DNA from: an uncultured Planctomycetaceae bacterium
Lineage (GTDB): Bacteria; Planctomycetota; Planctomycetia; Isosphaerales; Isosphaeraceae
DNA: 64,000 nucleotides
Assembly: GCA_963833985.1 (NCBI GenBank)
Contig: CAWIAD010000002.1
Location: forward strand, 1,920,001-1,984,000
Direction: 5' to 3'
Shown: in pieces, positions 20,967 through 32,008 of the stretch
Numbering within the stretch: position 1 is the stretch's first letter
How the letters are laid out: each line of letters opens with the position of its first letter
The notes under the pieces: generated by a model
What the model was told of the DNA's origin: nothing
Databases searched by the model: none
The model's input: only the letters and a program-made list of their open reading frames with translations
Position numbers and translations under genes: made by a program

Positions 20967-22349
20967 CTAGCGCCGCCCGGCCCCGCCGTCGCCCAGCGGC
21001 GTGAGCACGATGATGGTGTCGATGGGCGTGCGCAGGTCCTCCGGCAAGGTCAGCTTCAAGGTATCGCCCTGCTGGACCAGCTTCAGCGGAGCGGTCTTGC
21101 CGAATGCCAGCGGAGTGTACGTTGCCAGGCTGCCGGGCAGGTCCAGCGAAGGCGCTGGTTTGATGACGTGGAGATACACGTCGAGCGGAGTCGCCGGTGG
21201 TACGCTCATGGTCGACACGCCCCACGGCTGAGGAGCGACCGGTCCCTTGCGCGTGCCGTAGACCGTCTTGCCGTTGGCTTCGAGCCATTTGCCGACGGCC
21301 AGCAGCCGCTCGCTGAACTCCTTGCCGATGGTGCCGTCCGGGCGGGGGCCGACGTTCAGCAGCAGGTTCGCACCCCGTCCCGCGGCTCCCAGCAGGGCAT
21401 GAATCACTTGCTCGGGCGATTTGAAATGGTCGTCACGCGCGTTATAGCCCCACGAGTTGTTCATCGTCAGGCACGTCTCCAGCGGCAGTTGCGCGGTCAC
21501 GCCGGCCTTGTTGAAGCCGGCCGAGTTCTCGCCCGGCAGGTCCTGCTCGAACATCTGAAAATCCTCGCCCGGGAAGGGGGTCACATGGTGATTGTTGCCG
21601 GCCAGTGCGCCCGGCTGGAGCTCGTGGATGATGCGGTACGTTCCGGCCAGGTCCCAGTCGGCCTCGGGGCGGTCCCACCAGCCGTCGAACCAGATACCGC
21701 CAATCGGGCCGTAGTTGGTACAGAGCTCGCGCACCTGCCCCTGGTAGTAGGCCACGTAGGTCTTCCAGTCGCCCTTCTCTTCGCGGCCGGCCGTCTTGCC
21801 GGTCCTGCCGCGGGGGAAGTAGTCGGGATGGTGCCAGTCCAGCAGCGAGTAGTAGAAGAAAAGCTTGATGCCCTGCTTGTGGCAGGCATTCGCCAGCGCC
21901 TTCATCGGGTCCTTGCCGTAGGGCGTGGCATCGACGATGTCGTACGAGGTCAGGCTGCTGTCGTACATGCAGAAGCCGTCATGGTGCTTGCTGGTGATGG
22001 TGATGTATTTCATGCCGGCGGCCTTGGCCAGCCGGACCCACTCGTCCGCATCGAACTTCACCGGGTTGAAGCGCGCGGGTAGCTTCTCGTACTCGCTGAT
22101 CGGCAGCTTGTCGTTGTTCATGACCCACTCGCCCTTGGCCAGCAGCGAGTAGACGCCCCAGTGCACGAAGAGACCGAACTTCGCGTCCTCGAACCAGCGC
22201 TTCGCGGCCGCGTTCGGGTTCTCGGAAGAGGAGGGCGGATCCTCGGCACGCAGCCTGCGCGGGTTTGCCAGCCCACTGGCCAGGACGACCGCAAGGGCAA
22301 GCCATGCGGCACGGGTCCGCTGTCTCGAATTCCAGTGGCGCTTGTTCAT
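20967..22349 (-). CDS. Alpha-L-fucosidase, GH29, secreted
   Basis: WFEDAKFGLFVHWGVYS, TSKHHDGF, IWFDGWW, ETCLTMNNSWGY, LLLNVGP; signal peptide; RBS GAGGAGG. Confidence 0.95.
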   Translation of the reverse strand: MNKRHWNSRQRTRAAWLALAVVLASGLANPRRLRAEDPPSSSENPNAAAKRWFEDAKFGLFVHWGVYSLLAKGEWVMNNDKLPISEYEKLPARFNPVKFDADEWVRLAKAAGMKYITITSKHHDGFCMYDSSLTSYDIVDATPYGKDPMKALANACHKQGIKLFFYYSLLDWHHPDYFPRGRTGKTAGREEKGDWKTYVAYYQGQVRELCTNYGPIGGIWFDGWWDRPEADWDLAGTYRIIHELQPGALAGNNHHVTPFPGEDFQMFEQDLPGENSAGFNKAGVTAQLPLETCLTMNNSWGYNARDDHFKSPEQVIHALLGAAGRGANLLLNVGPRPDGTIGKEFSERLLAVGKWLEANGKTVYGTRKGPVAPQPWGVSTMSVPPATPLDVYLHVIKPAPSLDLPGSLATYTPLAFGKTAPLKLVQQGDTLKLTLPEDLRTPIDTIIVLTPLGDGGAGRR

Positions 22350-22481
22350 GATGCCTCCTCGATGCGATGCCCTGTTTTCCGCCTCTGCCGCGCCGGCTGG
22401 CCCACGGGCGGCCATAGCCAAACTTCGCCGTTTCCCGGCTCCAAGTCAAGCCATCGTCCGGGCCGCGAGCGCACGCCAAAT

Positions 22482-22526
22482 CTACGAAAATCTTCGTTGA
22501 CTTCCTACGAAGCGTTTCGTAGAAAT
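22482..22526 (+). promoter_or_regulatory. Twin palindromic BlaI-family operators overlapping a putative sigma70 promoter
   Basis: CTACGAA-AATC-TTCGTTG (22482-22499) and perfect CTACGAA-GCGT-TTCGTAG (22505-22522). TTGACT at 22497 lies 17 bp before TAGAAA at 22520, about 40 bp upstream of blaI. Confidence 0.8.
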
Positions 22527-22561
22527 GAGGGGGCTGGATTCCGCGGTGCGAGGTCAACACC

Positions 22562-22960
22562 ATGGCGCGACGGCAAGTTCCCAGGCCCACCGAGGCCGAG
22601 CTGGCGATCCTGCGGGTGCTCTGGAGCGAAGGGCCGTGTACGGTTCGCAAGGTCCAGGAAATCTTCAGCACCAGGCAGCCGACGGGCTACACGACCGTGC
22701 TCAAGCTGTTGCAGATCATGGTCGAAAAGGGCCTGGCGCTGCGCGATGAGACGGAGCGATCGCACGTCTACCGGGCCAGCCGCAGCGAGGCGCAGACGCA
22801 GAAGCAGCTTGTCGCCGACCTGCTCGAGCGCGCCTTCGGCGGCTCGGCGCTCAAGCTGGTGATAGGGGCCCTGGGCGCCCGCCGCACATCGACACAGGAA
22901 CTATCCGAGATCCGCACCCTGATCGAACGGCTCGAGCGCGAGCGAGGGGAGCAGCCATGA
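22562..22960 (+). CDS. BlaI/MecI/CopY family transcriptional repressor
   Basis: PTEAELAILRVLW, YTTVLKLLQIMVEKG, AFGGS. Confidence 0.95.
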   Translation: MARRQVPRPTEAELAILRVLWSEGPCTVRKVQEIFSTRQPTGYTTVLKLLQIMVEKGLALRDETERSHVYRASRSEAQTQKQLVADLLERAFGGSALKLVIGALGARRTSTQELSEIRTLIERLERERGEQP

Positions 22961-25900
22961 GTCCAGTCGCAGTCCGGCTTGAACATCCGCTGGTGATCGG
23001 GCTGGGATGGTGTCTCGTCCACTCGGTCTGGGAGTTGACCCTCGTGGCTGTCGTGGCGGCCCTGATGCTGCGTTTGCTACGGCGGAGCTCAGCACAGAGC
23101 CGCTATCTGGCCGGTTGCGCCGCGCTCCTGGTCATGGCGGCCTTGCCGCTCTGCACGCTGAGCCTGACCGCCGCGAACAACTTCCCCCCTCACCAGGCTC
23201 CTTCGGCCGGAGCGCGGGGCGTGGAAGCAGCTTCAGCCCCGGACGGATCGGTAAGCGAGACTGGCAGCCGCGCGCAGCCGGGTGAGCCGCTTCCGGCACG
23301 CCGTCTGCCAGCACGGGCCATGCCGCGTCGCGTGCTGGCGGGCCAGCTCGAACCGTGGATGCCGCTTCTGGTGGCCTCGTGGGGGCTGGGAGTCGTTTTC
23401 CTCTCGCTGCGGCTGCTGGGTGGCTGGCTCTTGCTCCAGGACCTGGCGCGCCGGGGCGCCCGCCCGGTCGCGGAGCACTGGGCCGCGGTCATGGAGCGGC
23501 TCGGCACGCGGCTGCGGTTGCACAGGGCCGTCCGGCTGGTCGAATCAACGCGGGTTCAGGTGCCGATGGTCGTCGGCTGGTGGCGTCCGGTGATCCTGCT
23601 GCCCGCGACGGCATTGACCGGCCTCGCTTCGGATCAGCTCGCACTCATCCTGGGGCATGAGCTGGTCCACATCAGGCGCCATGATTACCTGGTGAACATG
23701 ATGCAGAGCCTCGTCGAGACGCTGCTGTTCTATCATCCCGCCGTCTGGTGGATCGCGGCGCGGATTCGCGAGGAGCGCGAGAACTGCTGCGACGACCAGG
23801 CCGTCGCGCTCTGCGGCGACCGGCTGGAATACGCCCGGGCGCTCGCGACCCTGGAGACCTTGCGGGCGAGCCTCTGGCGGCTTGCCCCCTCGGCGCGGGG
23901 CGGTTCGCTGCTGGCCCGGATCCGCCGCATCGCGGGCATGGAGCCAGCCGAGGAAGCCCCCGCGCGAGGTCTGGCCGGAACGCTCACCCTGACCTCGCTC
24001 GTCGTCCTGGGTCTGTTCCTGCTGGTCTCGCCGGCGGCCGCGCCCGCCCACGCCGCGGGTGCGGAGCAGCGCGAGGTCAGCGGCATGGTCGCTACGCCGG
24101 ATGGCAAGGCCGTCGCCGGTGCCGAGGTGTACCTTGCAATGGCGGAGTTTCCCCCGCCCAGGACGATCGTCCTGGCTCAGGCACGATCCGATTCTTCCGG
24201 GCATTTCCGGCTGGCCTGGGAAGAGAGTTCAGGCCAGGGCCGTTCCCGTGGCTCCCTTGCGGTCTGGGCTTACCGTCCCGGTTCGTGCCCGGCCCGTGCC
24301 ATGTTCCAGGAAGAGTGGGCCGAGACGGGAGTTGATCCGGACCGGCCCATCCCGCTCACGCTCGCTCCCGCGACCACACTTCGGTTCCGGATCCTCGACC
24401 CGGAAGGAAATCCGGCGCCGGGGGTCCGCGTCACGCTGGCGTCGCTCCGCGGTGATCGGGTCTCGGTACCTCGGGAACCGGCGGAGAGGATGGCCGCGGA
24501 GACCGACCAGGACGGGCTTGCCGCGCTGGCCGGTGCACCATCGGAAGAGGTCCTCATGGTGCAGGCGTCGTCCCTCCAGCATGCCACCCAGAACTTCCAG
24601 CGCGAGAACGGATTCCGGGCCGAGAACGAGCTGAAGCTGGTTCCCTCCGCGGCGGTCGAGGGCCGTTTCACGGCCGATGATCCGGCCGCGGTCCGCGGCG
24701 TACGGCTGCTGCTCGAGGCGACGCGCCGGATCGACGAGCAAGCCTGGGTTTCCGCCACGGCCGAAACGGTCAGCGACGATCGGGGACGGTTCTCGGTGCC
24801 CAGGCTGGTGGCCGGGTATGTCTCGTGCGAGGCACTCCTGCCCGAGAGCTCGATCTACCGGCTGGGAGTCGTCCAGAACAGCAACTTCGAGGGCATGAAG
24901 AAGATCGAGCTGAACATCCCGCTGGTGCGCTGGGTCCGCGTGCACGGCCTGGTGCGCGAGCAGGGTACGGGCAAGCCGGTCGAGGGCGTGGGGATCCGCT
25001 TCAGCCACCCTGGGATGTCCGGGCCGATTCCACTTGTCGGACAGAGCGACGCTTCGGGCCGCTTCGAGGCGATCGCCCCGCCCGGCAAGCAGGTGTTCTG
25101 CCATCCTGAGATCCCCAGAGGTTATCTCAAGCTGGCGCGCGGCATTGAGCAGCCCGAGATCACGCGCGACGGGCAGGGCATCCCCGTGATCGAGCTGGTG
25201 CGTGGCGTCGCCCTCCGTGGTGTGGTCGTGGATGAGCTCGGTCAGCCGGTCGCCGGAGCCCGCGTGGTGGGCAAGTGGGACCGGATCGGACAGGGCGTGA
25301 AGGCCCCCAACGGTGCGACCATGTTCATGGCCTCGACTTTCTCGACCACGGCGCGATCGAATGACCGCGGTGACTTCGTGCTCGAAGGGATGCACCCGGG
25401 CGCCAACGTCCAGCTTCAGGCTGAGGCCGGCGAGGCGCGGACCGAGGCACCGGTGGCGGCCGCGTCCGATGCGCCGGCCCCTGTGAAGCTGGTTATCAGC
25501 GGAGCCAACACGGTGACGCTCGAAGGTCGCGTCGTGGATTCGGCGGGGAACGCTGTTCCCGATGTGCTCGTGAAGATCGGCCACGGAGCCATCGACCGGC
25601 CGTCCGGTCCGGCGCCGGGGCAGGCCGATGCCATCTCGGCACGGACCGATGCCAGCGGCCGGTTCAAGACGCCGCGCCGGATCCGCCGCGGGTTTGCCTA
25701 CCGCGCGGAGGTCAAGCCCGACGACCCGGACCTGATGTCCGACAGCTCGCCCTGGCTGGCGCTGCGGACCGGCACGAAGCCCTTGCTCGAGGACGTCGTG
25801 CTGCGACGGCTGAGGACGGTGGCGGGCAAGGTCGTCGATCTTCAGGGTCGACCCCTCTCGGAAGTCACGGTCCGCCAGAGCGGCGACGGACCTGTAGCCA

Positions 25901-27533
25901 CCGAGTCCCGGACCGACGCCGACGGGCAATTCCAGTTGCCCGGCGTGGTCGCCGAGCCAGCCTTCGTGTTCGCCGAGAAGGGCGGCTATCGCTTCACGGG
26001 CCGATCGATCGGAGCTGACGGCAGCCCGGTGACCATCACGCTGGAGCCGGTGGACGGCCCCCGGCCGCCTGCCATGAAGACTCTTCCCCCGGCGATGACC
26101 CGCGAGCAGGAACGCAAGCTCGTGCATTTGCTCTTCGATCCCTACGCCGAGCAGGTGCTCAAGGACAGGACGTCGCCGGACAAGTTTGAGGTCTTCCGGA
26201 TCCTCGTGCTGACCGACCCGGCACGTGCCCGCGCGCTGCTCGATCGTCCAGAGGCTCCGAACGAGCTTCCAGTCGTCGACTTCCGCCGGGGTGAGCTGGC
26301 CCAGGCAGTCTTCAAGGAGCACCCTGAAGAGGCGCTCGACATGATCGCGGCCATCCGCGACCCGAATGCCCGCTCTTCTGCTTACGAGCAGGTCAGTCTG
26401 CTCGTGGACGGCTCAAACCGGGCCAGCAAGCTCCGGCTGCTGAACGAGTCGCTGCTTGCGGGCCGATCGCTGGCGGAGCCTGCCGATCGGGTCCTGCGGC
26501 TGGCGGACCTGGGCCGCCGGTATCTCGACCTGGGAGAAACCGGGCAAGGGACCAGACTGCTCCGCGAGGGTGAGGACGCGGCCCGCAAGCTGCCGACCTC
26601 CGGCTGGCCCGCGTTCGCCCGTGCGAACCTCGCCGAGGAGCTGGCCGTCCTGGACCTGCCCGCGGCACTGGCCTTGCTGAAGGGGACCGAGGAGGAACGA
26701 TCGTACGATCAGTATCTCGGCCGCATCGCGCATCGGCTCGCCGCCAGGGACCCGGCTGCGGCGGAGCGGGTGCTCGCCATGACGCACGAGCACTGGCCCT
26801 ATTCTCGCGACATGTTCATTCAACGCGTCTGTCATCGCATGATGACCGTCGACCCCGAGCGGGCCCTGAGGCTGGCCCGGGGGATGACGAACTACCGCGA
26901 CAAGGCGCGTGCACTGGGAGCCATGGCGCTGGCCGTGAGCGCGAAAAGCAGGGGGAAGCGCTCCGGCTGCTCGAGGAGGCGTTCGGCGGGCTGGAGCAGA
27001 CCGCCGCGGGGAAGAATGACCAGTGGAACGGCCTGAACATGGCCTGCACGGCGGCTGCCGGGCTCTTGCCCGTGGTCGAGCAGGTCGACCCGAGCCTCGT
27101 CCGCGAGTACCTCTGGCGCACTCTGGCCATGCGTCCGCCCCTGCGCTCGGGAGACGCCCGGGACGGCATCCCGCTGGTGGCCGGGACCCGGGTCGCGGCC
27201 ATGGTCGCGCGTTATGACCGCGAGATCGCCCGCCAGATGCTGGAAGGTTTCATCGCCACCGACCTGCGCAAGCATGCCCCGGGGGCAGGCCCGGAGGCCT
27301 CGTACCATCTGAACTCGCTGGTGCGAGCCGCCGCCTTCATCGCACCGCCCCGCGCGGGGGCGTTGATCGCAAGGCTGCCGGAAACGCCTGACGAGTCGGC
27401 GAGGTCATTCAGAAACATCGGTCGTATGGAACTCGCCGCCGTGCTGGCCACCCCTCCCGGCGAGGAGCGCTGGCGGCTTCTGGAACGGTCGTTCCTGCAC
27501 GTCTGGCGGATCGGCTCGGAGGAGGACCACTGA
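22957..27533 (+). CDS. BlaR1-like M56 peptidase with carboxypeptidase-regulatory-like beta-sandwich repeats and helical C-terminus (frameshift near ~26950)
   Basis: GWCLVHSVW, VPMVVGWWRPVILLP, HELVHIRRHD, FYHPAVWW, RENCCD; repeated G-x-V-x-D-x-x-G-x-P-V...TDxxGRF units; continues in the 27039..27533 frame. Confidence 0.9.
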
Positions 27534-27571
27534 CCGTTTCACCCTCCCGGTCAACCCAGTTCCGGTGGGGG

Positions 27572-28279
27572 TCAGCGGCTTGATCCCCACAGTTCAATCA
27601 TCTGAGCCGCGAGAGTCGGCAGGTCGGGTGCAACGACATGGGGTTGCGGCAGGCCAGGCACCAGCAGCGGTGCATTCCCTGGCCGCGTGAGGAGGCCGGC
27701 GAAGAACCCGGCGCTCTGCGCTCCGAGCGTGTCCCAGACGTGGGCGGCGATCATGCAGCAGGCAGCACGCGGCACGTTCAGCTCCTCGGCCACCATGCGG
27801 TAGACCACGGACGCGGGCTTGAAGCTGCGGGCCGCGGCGATGGTGAACTGTCGCTCGAAATGCGCGGCCAGGCCAGCGCGCTCCAGCGGGCTCTGCCCCT
27901 GCGGGTTGGGTGGCGAGTTGGTCAGCGTGACCATGCGGAATCCCGATTGCTTCAGCGTCTTGAGCCCCTCCTCCACGTCGGCATGGGCGGGCATAGTGAG
28001 CAAGGCCTCCCGCAGCGCGTGGAGGTCGGCTGCCTGGACGCCGGCCCCGTGCACGGCACCGAGCATCTCGAAGAGTCCCTGCCCCAGCGAGAAGAAGTCC
28101 CTGTAGAAGCCAGACAGTGTGACGGCCATCGAATACAGGACCAGCTGGCCGAACCACTCCCGCAGGACGCGCCTGTCGCCAAAGACGCGCTCGAAGAGCG
28201 GGCTCAACACCTCGATGTCGAGCAGCGTCTCGTTCACGTCGAAGACGAGCACCGAGGGCTTTGCACCGTTCCACTGCAT
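27572..28279 (-). CDS. Haloacid dehalogenase type II
   Basis: FDVNETLLD, LTNS, FKP, AAHVWDTLGA. Confidence 0.9.
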   Translation of the reverse strand: MQWNGAKPSVLVFDVNETLLDIEVLSPLFERVFGDRRVLREWFGQLVLYSMAVTLSGFYRDFFSLGQGLFEMLGAVHGAGVQAADLHALREALLTMPAHADVEEGLKTLKQSGFRMVTLTNSPPNPQGQSPLERAGLAAHFERQFTIAAARSFKPASVVYRMVAEELNVPRAACCMIAAHVWDTLGAQSAGFFAGLLTRPGNAPLLVPGLPQPHVVAPDLPTLAAQMIELWGSSR

Positions 28280-28469
28280 ACCGTTGACTCAGCGTGAACG
28301 AAAAGGGGCAAGGGGCTGCGACAGACTTGTTCCCACGCGGAGCCTGAGAACGAGGGACATCCTCTCTCTGCACTCAACCGATCGCTATTTCAACGGCATT
28401 GGCGCAGGAACCCGCCTCGCCACGGCCGAGGCGCCGTGGCCTGAGGCGGGTTCGGTTCGGTCCGCTCAC

Positions 28470-28952
28470 TCACCCCGCGCTGGCGGCGATGTCGTCGGCC
28501 AGGCGCTCGAGGACCTCGCGCGTGAGCTGGCATGACGCACGCCGGCGCTCGCGCGTGGCGTCATCGACGACAAAGCGTTCCATGCGCAGCAGTCCCTGCT
28601 TGTAGAGCCGGACCTCGTAAAACCCGCGCTGGTCGGCACGAACGGTTGGCGACTGGCTGCGCACCTGGACCTCGCCGCCCCCGGAGTCGACCTCCAGGAC
28701 CTTGAGCGGTTCCAGCAGGTAGGTCACACGCGCGGCCAGGCGCTCGCCCCAGGCGGTGAGCGCCGTCGACGTCCAGTCGGTCCGGTCGGTGGTGACGAAC
28801 TCAAGGCTGTCGAACGCCACGCCAACACTATCGAGGGCCGTCAGGTTGAGGGTGATCCGGTTCGGGGCGTCCTCGACGGTGACGGAGCAGGGCATGTCGT
28901 ATGCGCGCGTGTTTTCATCAAGCGCGACGGCGATCTTTTTGCTCGGATTCAT
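28470..28952 (-). CDS. Hypothetical protein overlapping the 3' end of spoVR
   Basis: MNPSKK start overlaps spoVR; ordered sequence (LAARVTYLLEPLKVLEVD, QVRSQSP, FYEVRL, LTREVLERLADD). Confidence 0.72.
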   Translation of the reverse strand: MNPSKKIAVALDENTRAYDMPCSVTVEDAPNRITLNLTALDSVGVAFDSLEFVTTDRTDWTSTALTAWGERLAARVTYLLEPLKVLEVDSGGGEVQVRSQSPTVRADQRGFYEVRLYKQGLLRMERFVVDDATRERRRASCQLTREVLERLADDIAASAG

Positions 28953-30471
28953 GAGATGAGCCTCCCAACGGGCGGATTGAATGATCGGTTCCATCGAATG
29001 ACAACAGCGTGGGCCGCCCATCGGCGACCGTCTCGATGTGCACGGGACGGGTCCAGAGGCGGTGGAGATGACGGAGAGTGTCCTGGGCGTAGTCGAGCTT
29101 GAGGTCGACGCCAAAGTGTTCGTGGTGAAGGTAAAGCTCGCCGCGGTTGCGGTGGTTGCCGTCCTTCACCCGGATGATCGGCTGGCCGAAATTGGTGAGG
29201 TTGAACAGCAGCCGCTCCTTGATCTTCTTGAACTCCCGGCTCTCGATCTCGTAGGTATCGTTCTGGTCGTTGTGCTTGTAACTGAAAAGCTGGTGCCGGC
29301 GGCAGAAGTCAACGGTGAGGAACGTGTCGATGAAGGTGACGTCATTATGGATGCGGCGGACCTCGAAGATCTTCTGCCGCCCCAGGCCCAGCGCCTTGTC
29401 CCACTTGCGGCGCACCTCGTAATTATCGCACTCCTCCCACTCCGACCCGAACTGCCCCTTGTTCCAGCGCTCTTCGATATCGCGCAGCAGCTCGATGCCC
29501 AGCTTGTAGGGGTTGAGGCGGCCGGGCTGGGTGGCCATGGTACCCGAATGATGGTCGGCGTAATCCACCAGCTCCGAGGGATGGAGGATCTTCTGGGTCA
29601 TGATCGTTGAATGCCAGAACGAGGCCCAGCCCTCGTTCATGATCTTGGTCTGGCCCTGGGGAGCGAAGTAATACGCTTCTTCGCGGATGATCGCCAGCAC
29701 GTCGTGCTGCCACGATTTCAGCGGAGCGTGCTCGAGCAGAAACAGGAGCACATCACGTTCCGGCTGCTCGGGAAATGACTGGGGCTTGCCTTTTTCTCGC
29801 TCCGATTCCCGCTTGCGCGCCTCCTCCTTGAGGATCTCGGGAGGGTTGATGAACGAATCCATGTACCCCTTGCTCTGGAACTTGGAGCCGGGCTCCTTGT
29901 CCTCGTCCTCGGGGGAGAAATTGTAGCGGTTGATGGCGTCCCGGCGCTTGATGTGGGGCGAGTAGATGTCGATCAGGTTCTCCAGCGACAGGCAGCTATC
30001 GATGAAGCCCTCGACGGTGTCCTCGCCGTGCCGCTCCATGTACGAGCGGATGCGGCTGCCGTGGTTGGCCGTCTCGTCCATCATCTTGCGGTTCGTCTGG
30101 CTGAACCAGATGTTGTTCTTGAAGAAGTCGTTATGGCCGTAGACATGGGCCATGACCAGCTTCTGATCGACGAGCTGGTTGCAGCGCAGCAGGTAGGCGT
30201 AGCAGGGATCGTTGTTGATCACCATCTCGTAAATCTTTTGCAGCCCGTAGCGATAGCCCTTGGAGAGCTGCTGGTACTCCATGCCGAACCGCCAGTGCGG
30301 GTAGCGGGTCGGGAAGCCTCCCATCGCGGCAATCTCGGAGATCTCGTCGTAATCGAGGACCTCGAAGATGCAGTCGTAGAAATCCAGCCCATAGGTGCGG
30401 GCATGGTCTTCGGTCTCGAGCTGGATGGCTCGCAGGTCCGCCGGTAAGTTATGGGTGTTGACGGTCGACAT
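28918..30471 (-). CDS. spoVR: SpoVR/YcgB family protein
   Basis: GFPTRYPHWRFG, IYEMVINNDPCYAYL, AHVYGHNDFFKNN, YFAPQGQTKIMNEGWASFWH, NPYKLG. Confidence 0.96.
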   Translation of the reverse strand: MSTVNTHNLPADLRAIQLETEDHARTYGLDFYDCIFEVLDYDEISEIAAMGGFPTRYPHWRFGMEYQQLSKGYRYGLQKIYEMVINNDPCYAYLLRCNQLVDQKLVMAHVYGHNDFFKNNIWFSQTNRKMMDETANHGSRIRSYMERHGEDTVEGFIDSCLSLENLIDIYSPHIKRRDAINRYNFSPEDEDKEPGSKFQSKGYMDSFINPPEILKEEARKRESEREKGKPQSFPEQPERDVLLFLLEHAPLKSWQHDVLAIIREEAYYFAPQGQTKIMNEGWASFWHSTIMTQKILHPSELVDYADHHSGTMATQPGRLNPYKLGIELLRDIEERWNKGQFGSEWEECDNYEVRRKWDKALGLGRQKIFEVRRIHNDVTFIDTFLTVDFCRRHQLFSYKHNDQNDTYEIESREFKKIKERLLFNLTNFGQPIIRVKDGNHRNRGELYLHHEHFGVDLKLDYAQDTLRHLHRLWTRPVHIETVADGRPTLLSFDGTDHSIRPLGGSSHESEQKDRRRA

Positions 30472-30499
30472 GATCCTCGTCTCGAAAAGACAGCGTTCA

Positions 30500-31228
30500 T
30501 CAATTCACGGATTCTGGTCCGTCAATCTGGTCTGTCGCGGCCGGCGCCGGCGTCTTCTGCTCCTGGAGCCGCGGAGCAAGCACCTTCGCAACCCAGCGGC
30601 GAATCTCTTTCGTCCATTCCGTCAGCGGCATGGACCAGGGCATGTGGACCCAGCGCGAGATGTCGGCAATGCTGAGCATGGGAAGCACCGTGCTGCGCTC
30701 GGCCTCGGCGTAGCGTCGATGTTCTTGCAGGACCAGGATCTTCAGCTCGTCCTGGCCGCACACCCAGACCTCGGGAACCCTGAAGCGCCGATAAACCTCG
30801 ATCGCGGCATCGGCATCATGAGTCCAGACGACCTCGACGGCCAGGTCCGGCGGCGGATCGACCCGGAGGTCCAGCACGGTCTTGTTGCGGATCTTCGCTT
30901 CATTGGCCAGGTAAAACGTCAGGTCGCCCTCGACTCCGCCCTTCTTCGCCTTGCGGCGGAACGTGGTCGAGCCGGAGGCGGTGCAGGGCACGTCCAGTCC
31001 GACGACGACCTCCGCGATCAGGCGGTCCAGTCGTACCTTGAGAGACTCGTGCGGAAACGCGGGTGACATGAGGTACAGGGTCCCGTCGCGGTAGACCATG
31101 CGCGGCTGCCGGCGCTCGTCCCGCAGCTTCAGGAGCCTCGCGTACCCCTTCCAGCCGACATCGGGGAAGACGACGCACTGGTCGGCGTCAGTCTCGATCG
31201 CAGATTCGGGTGTTGTGATGGTCGCCAT
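30500..31228 (-). CDS. Uma2 (DUF820) family putative endonuclease, copy A
   Basis: LMSP..PHE, GSTTF, VEGD..FY, PPPDLAVEV, YRRFRVPEVW. Confidence 0.92.
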   Translation of the reverse strand: MATITTPESAIETDADQCVVFPDVGWKGYARLLKLRDERRQPRMVYRDGTLYLMSPAFPHESLKVRLDRLIAEVVVGLDVPCTASGSTTFRRKAKKGGVEGDLTFYLANEAKIRNKTVLDLRVDPPPDLAVEVVWTHDADAAIEVYRRFRVPEVWVCGQDELKILVLQEHRRYAEAERSTVLPMLSIADISRWVHMPWSMPLTEWTKEIRRWVAKVLAPRLQEQKTPAPAATDQIDGPESVN

Positions 31229-32008
31229 GCCGCTCTCCCCTCACTCTGGAATCGCCTGGTTTTCCTGCCGGCGCGGAGCAAGGACCTCCGCGACCCAGCG
31301 GCGAAGGGCCTTGATCCATTCTAGCTGCGGCATGGGCCAGGGCATGTGAACCCAGCGCGAGATCTCGGCAACGCCGAGCATGGGCAGCACCGTGCTGCGC
31401 TCGGCCTCGGCGTAGCGACGACCTTCTTGCAGGACCAGGATCTTCAGCTCGTCCTGGCCGCACACCCAGACCTCGGGAACCTTGAAGCGCCGATAAACCT
31501 CGATCGCGGCATCGGCGTCATGAGTCCAGACGACCTCGACGGCCAGGTCCGGCGGCGGATCGACGCGGAGATCGAGCGCGGTCCTGTTGCGGATCTTCGC
31601 TTCACTGGCCAGGTAATACGTCAGGTCGCCCTCGACTCCGCCCTTCTTCGCCTTGCGGCGGAACGTGGTCGAGCCGGCGGGCCTGAAGGGAAGGTCAAGC
31701 CCGACCACAACCTCCGTGATGATGCTGCCGAGCCGCTCCTTGAGAAACTCATGCGGAAACGCGGGTGACATGAGGTACAGGGTCCCGTCGCGGTAGACCA
31801 TGCGCGGCTGCCGGCGCTCGCCCCGCAGCTTCAGGAGCGTCGCGTACCCCTTCCAGCCGACGTCGGGGAAGACGACGCGCTGGTCGGCGCCGGCGTCCGT
31901 CGTACGTTCGGGTGTTGTGATGGTCGCCATGCCGCCCTCCTCTCACTCTGGAATCGCCTGGTTTTCCTGGTATCGCGGAGCAAGGACCTCCGCGACCCAG
32001 CGGCGAAG
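31206..32008. repeat. Direct repeat of the Uma2 gene junction (period ~702 bp)
   Basis: GGGTGTTGTGATGGTCGCCATGCCGC..TCACTCTGGAATCGCCTGGTTTTCCTG..CGCGGAGCAAGGACCTCCGCGACCCAGCGGCGAAG occurs at ~31208-31306 and ~31910-32008. Confidence 0.9.
31241..31930 (-). CDS. Uma2 (DUF820) family putative endonuclease, copy B
   Basis: Near-duplicate of copy A with the same motifs. Confidence 0.92.
   Translation of the reverse strand: MATITTPERTTDAGADQRVVFPDVGWKGYATLLKLRGERRQPRMVYRDGTLYLMSPAFPHEFLKERLGSIITEVVVGLDLPFRPAGSTTFRRKAKKGGVEGDLTYYLASEAKIRNRTALDLRVDPPPDLAVEVVWTHDADAAIEVYRRFKVPEVWVCGQDELKILVLQEGRRYAEAERSTVLPMLGVAEISRWVHMPWPMPQLEWIKALRRWVAEVLAPRRQENQAIPE

Noticed and set aside
24229..26322. 697-aa minus-strand ORF
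   Set aside because: Antisense shadow of the M56 peptidase gene.
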